A stretch of 63,782 bases of DNA from Negaprion brevirostris (taxonomy: Eukaryota). The translations under genes were made by a program, and so were the position numbers. Positions within the stretch are counted from its first letter, which is position 1. Each line of letters begins with the position of its first letter. Shown here one piece after another: positions 63,644-63,782 of this stretch. The notes below the pieces were generated by a model. That model did no database searches. It had not been told where the DNA came from and saw nothing but the letters and a program-made list of their open reading frames with translations. The stretch spans positions 45,552,931 to 45,616,712 of the forward strand of contig JARDVH010000106.1 in the NCBI GenBank assembly GCA_030324005.1, read 5' to 3'.

Positions 63644-63782
63644 TTTAAAACAAATTAAAATATTGCAGTAGACTTCACAGCATACCAAAAGATGGTTTAA
63701 ACACACCAAAATAATTCACAAATCCAGAAGAATAGGAAGCCATGAAATTCCAGTGCTGCAAAAGAATATTTTAATACATTTT

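Noticed and set aside
1-63782. CRISPR array, operon or prokaryotic defence system
   Set aside because: The sequence is vertebrate repeat-rich DNA, with no repeat-spacer periodicity and no long intact ORFs.

Overview
Eukaryotic, AT-rich, CpG-depleted non-coding DNA. The repeat complement (HE1/V-SINE-type and Deu-domain SINEs, CR1/HER1 LINEs, Penelope-like elements) points to a cartilaginous fish, most likely a shark. The assembly looks like short-read scaffolds with many N gaps, eight of them exactly 100 N and several sitting inside young repeats. I found no recognisable host gene, rRNA, true tRNA or CRISPR array, so this is probably a large intron or intergenic region. The ORF track is noise except where it crosses transposon relics. 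Identifiable content is layered, nested transposons: CR1, L2, RTE and Rex1/Babar LINE fragments, three SINE families, Penelope-like elements (GIY-YIG relics and termini with minimal hammerhead-ribozyme motifs from three families), a decayed Gypsy gag-protease, a probable solo LTR, an intron-containing PIF/Harbinger Myb/SANT relic, MITEs and tandem repeats. The best leads are the hammerhead-bearing Penelope termini (an 88-bp ribozyme-only insertion with a flanking direct repeat, and a nested insertion with a 12-bp TSD), two unexplained decayed coding-like tracts, a candidate 15-nt microexon, an RE1-like site and several enhancer-like repeat-free islands. I cannot support a genuinely new biological system. 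Family names come from motif recognition without database searches, and most boundaries are approximate.
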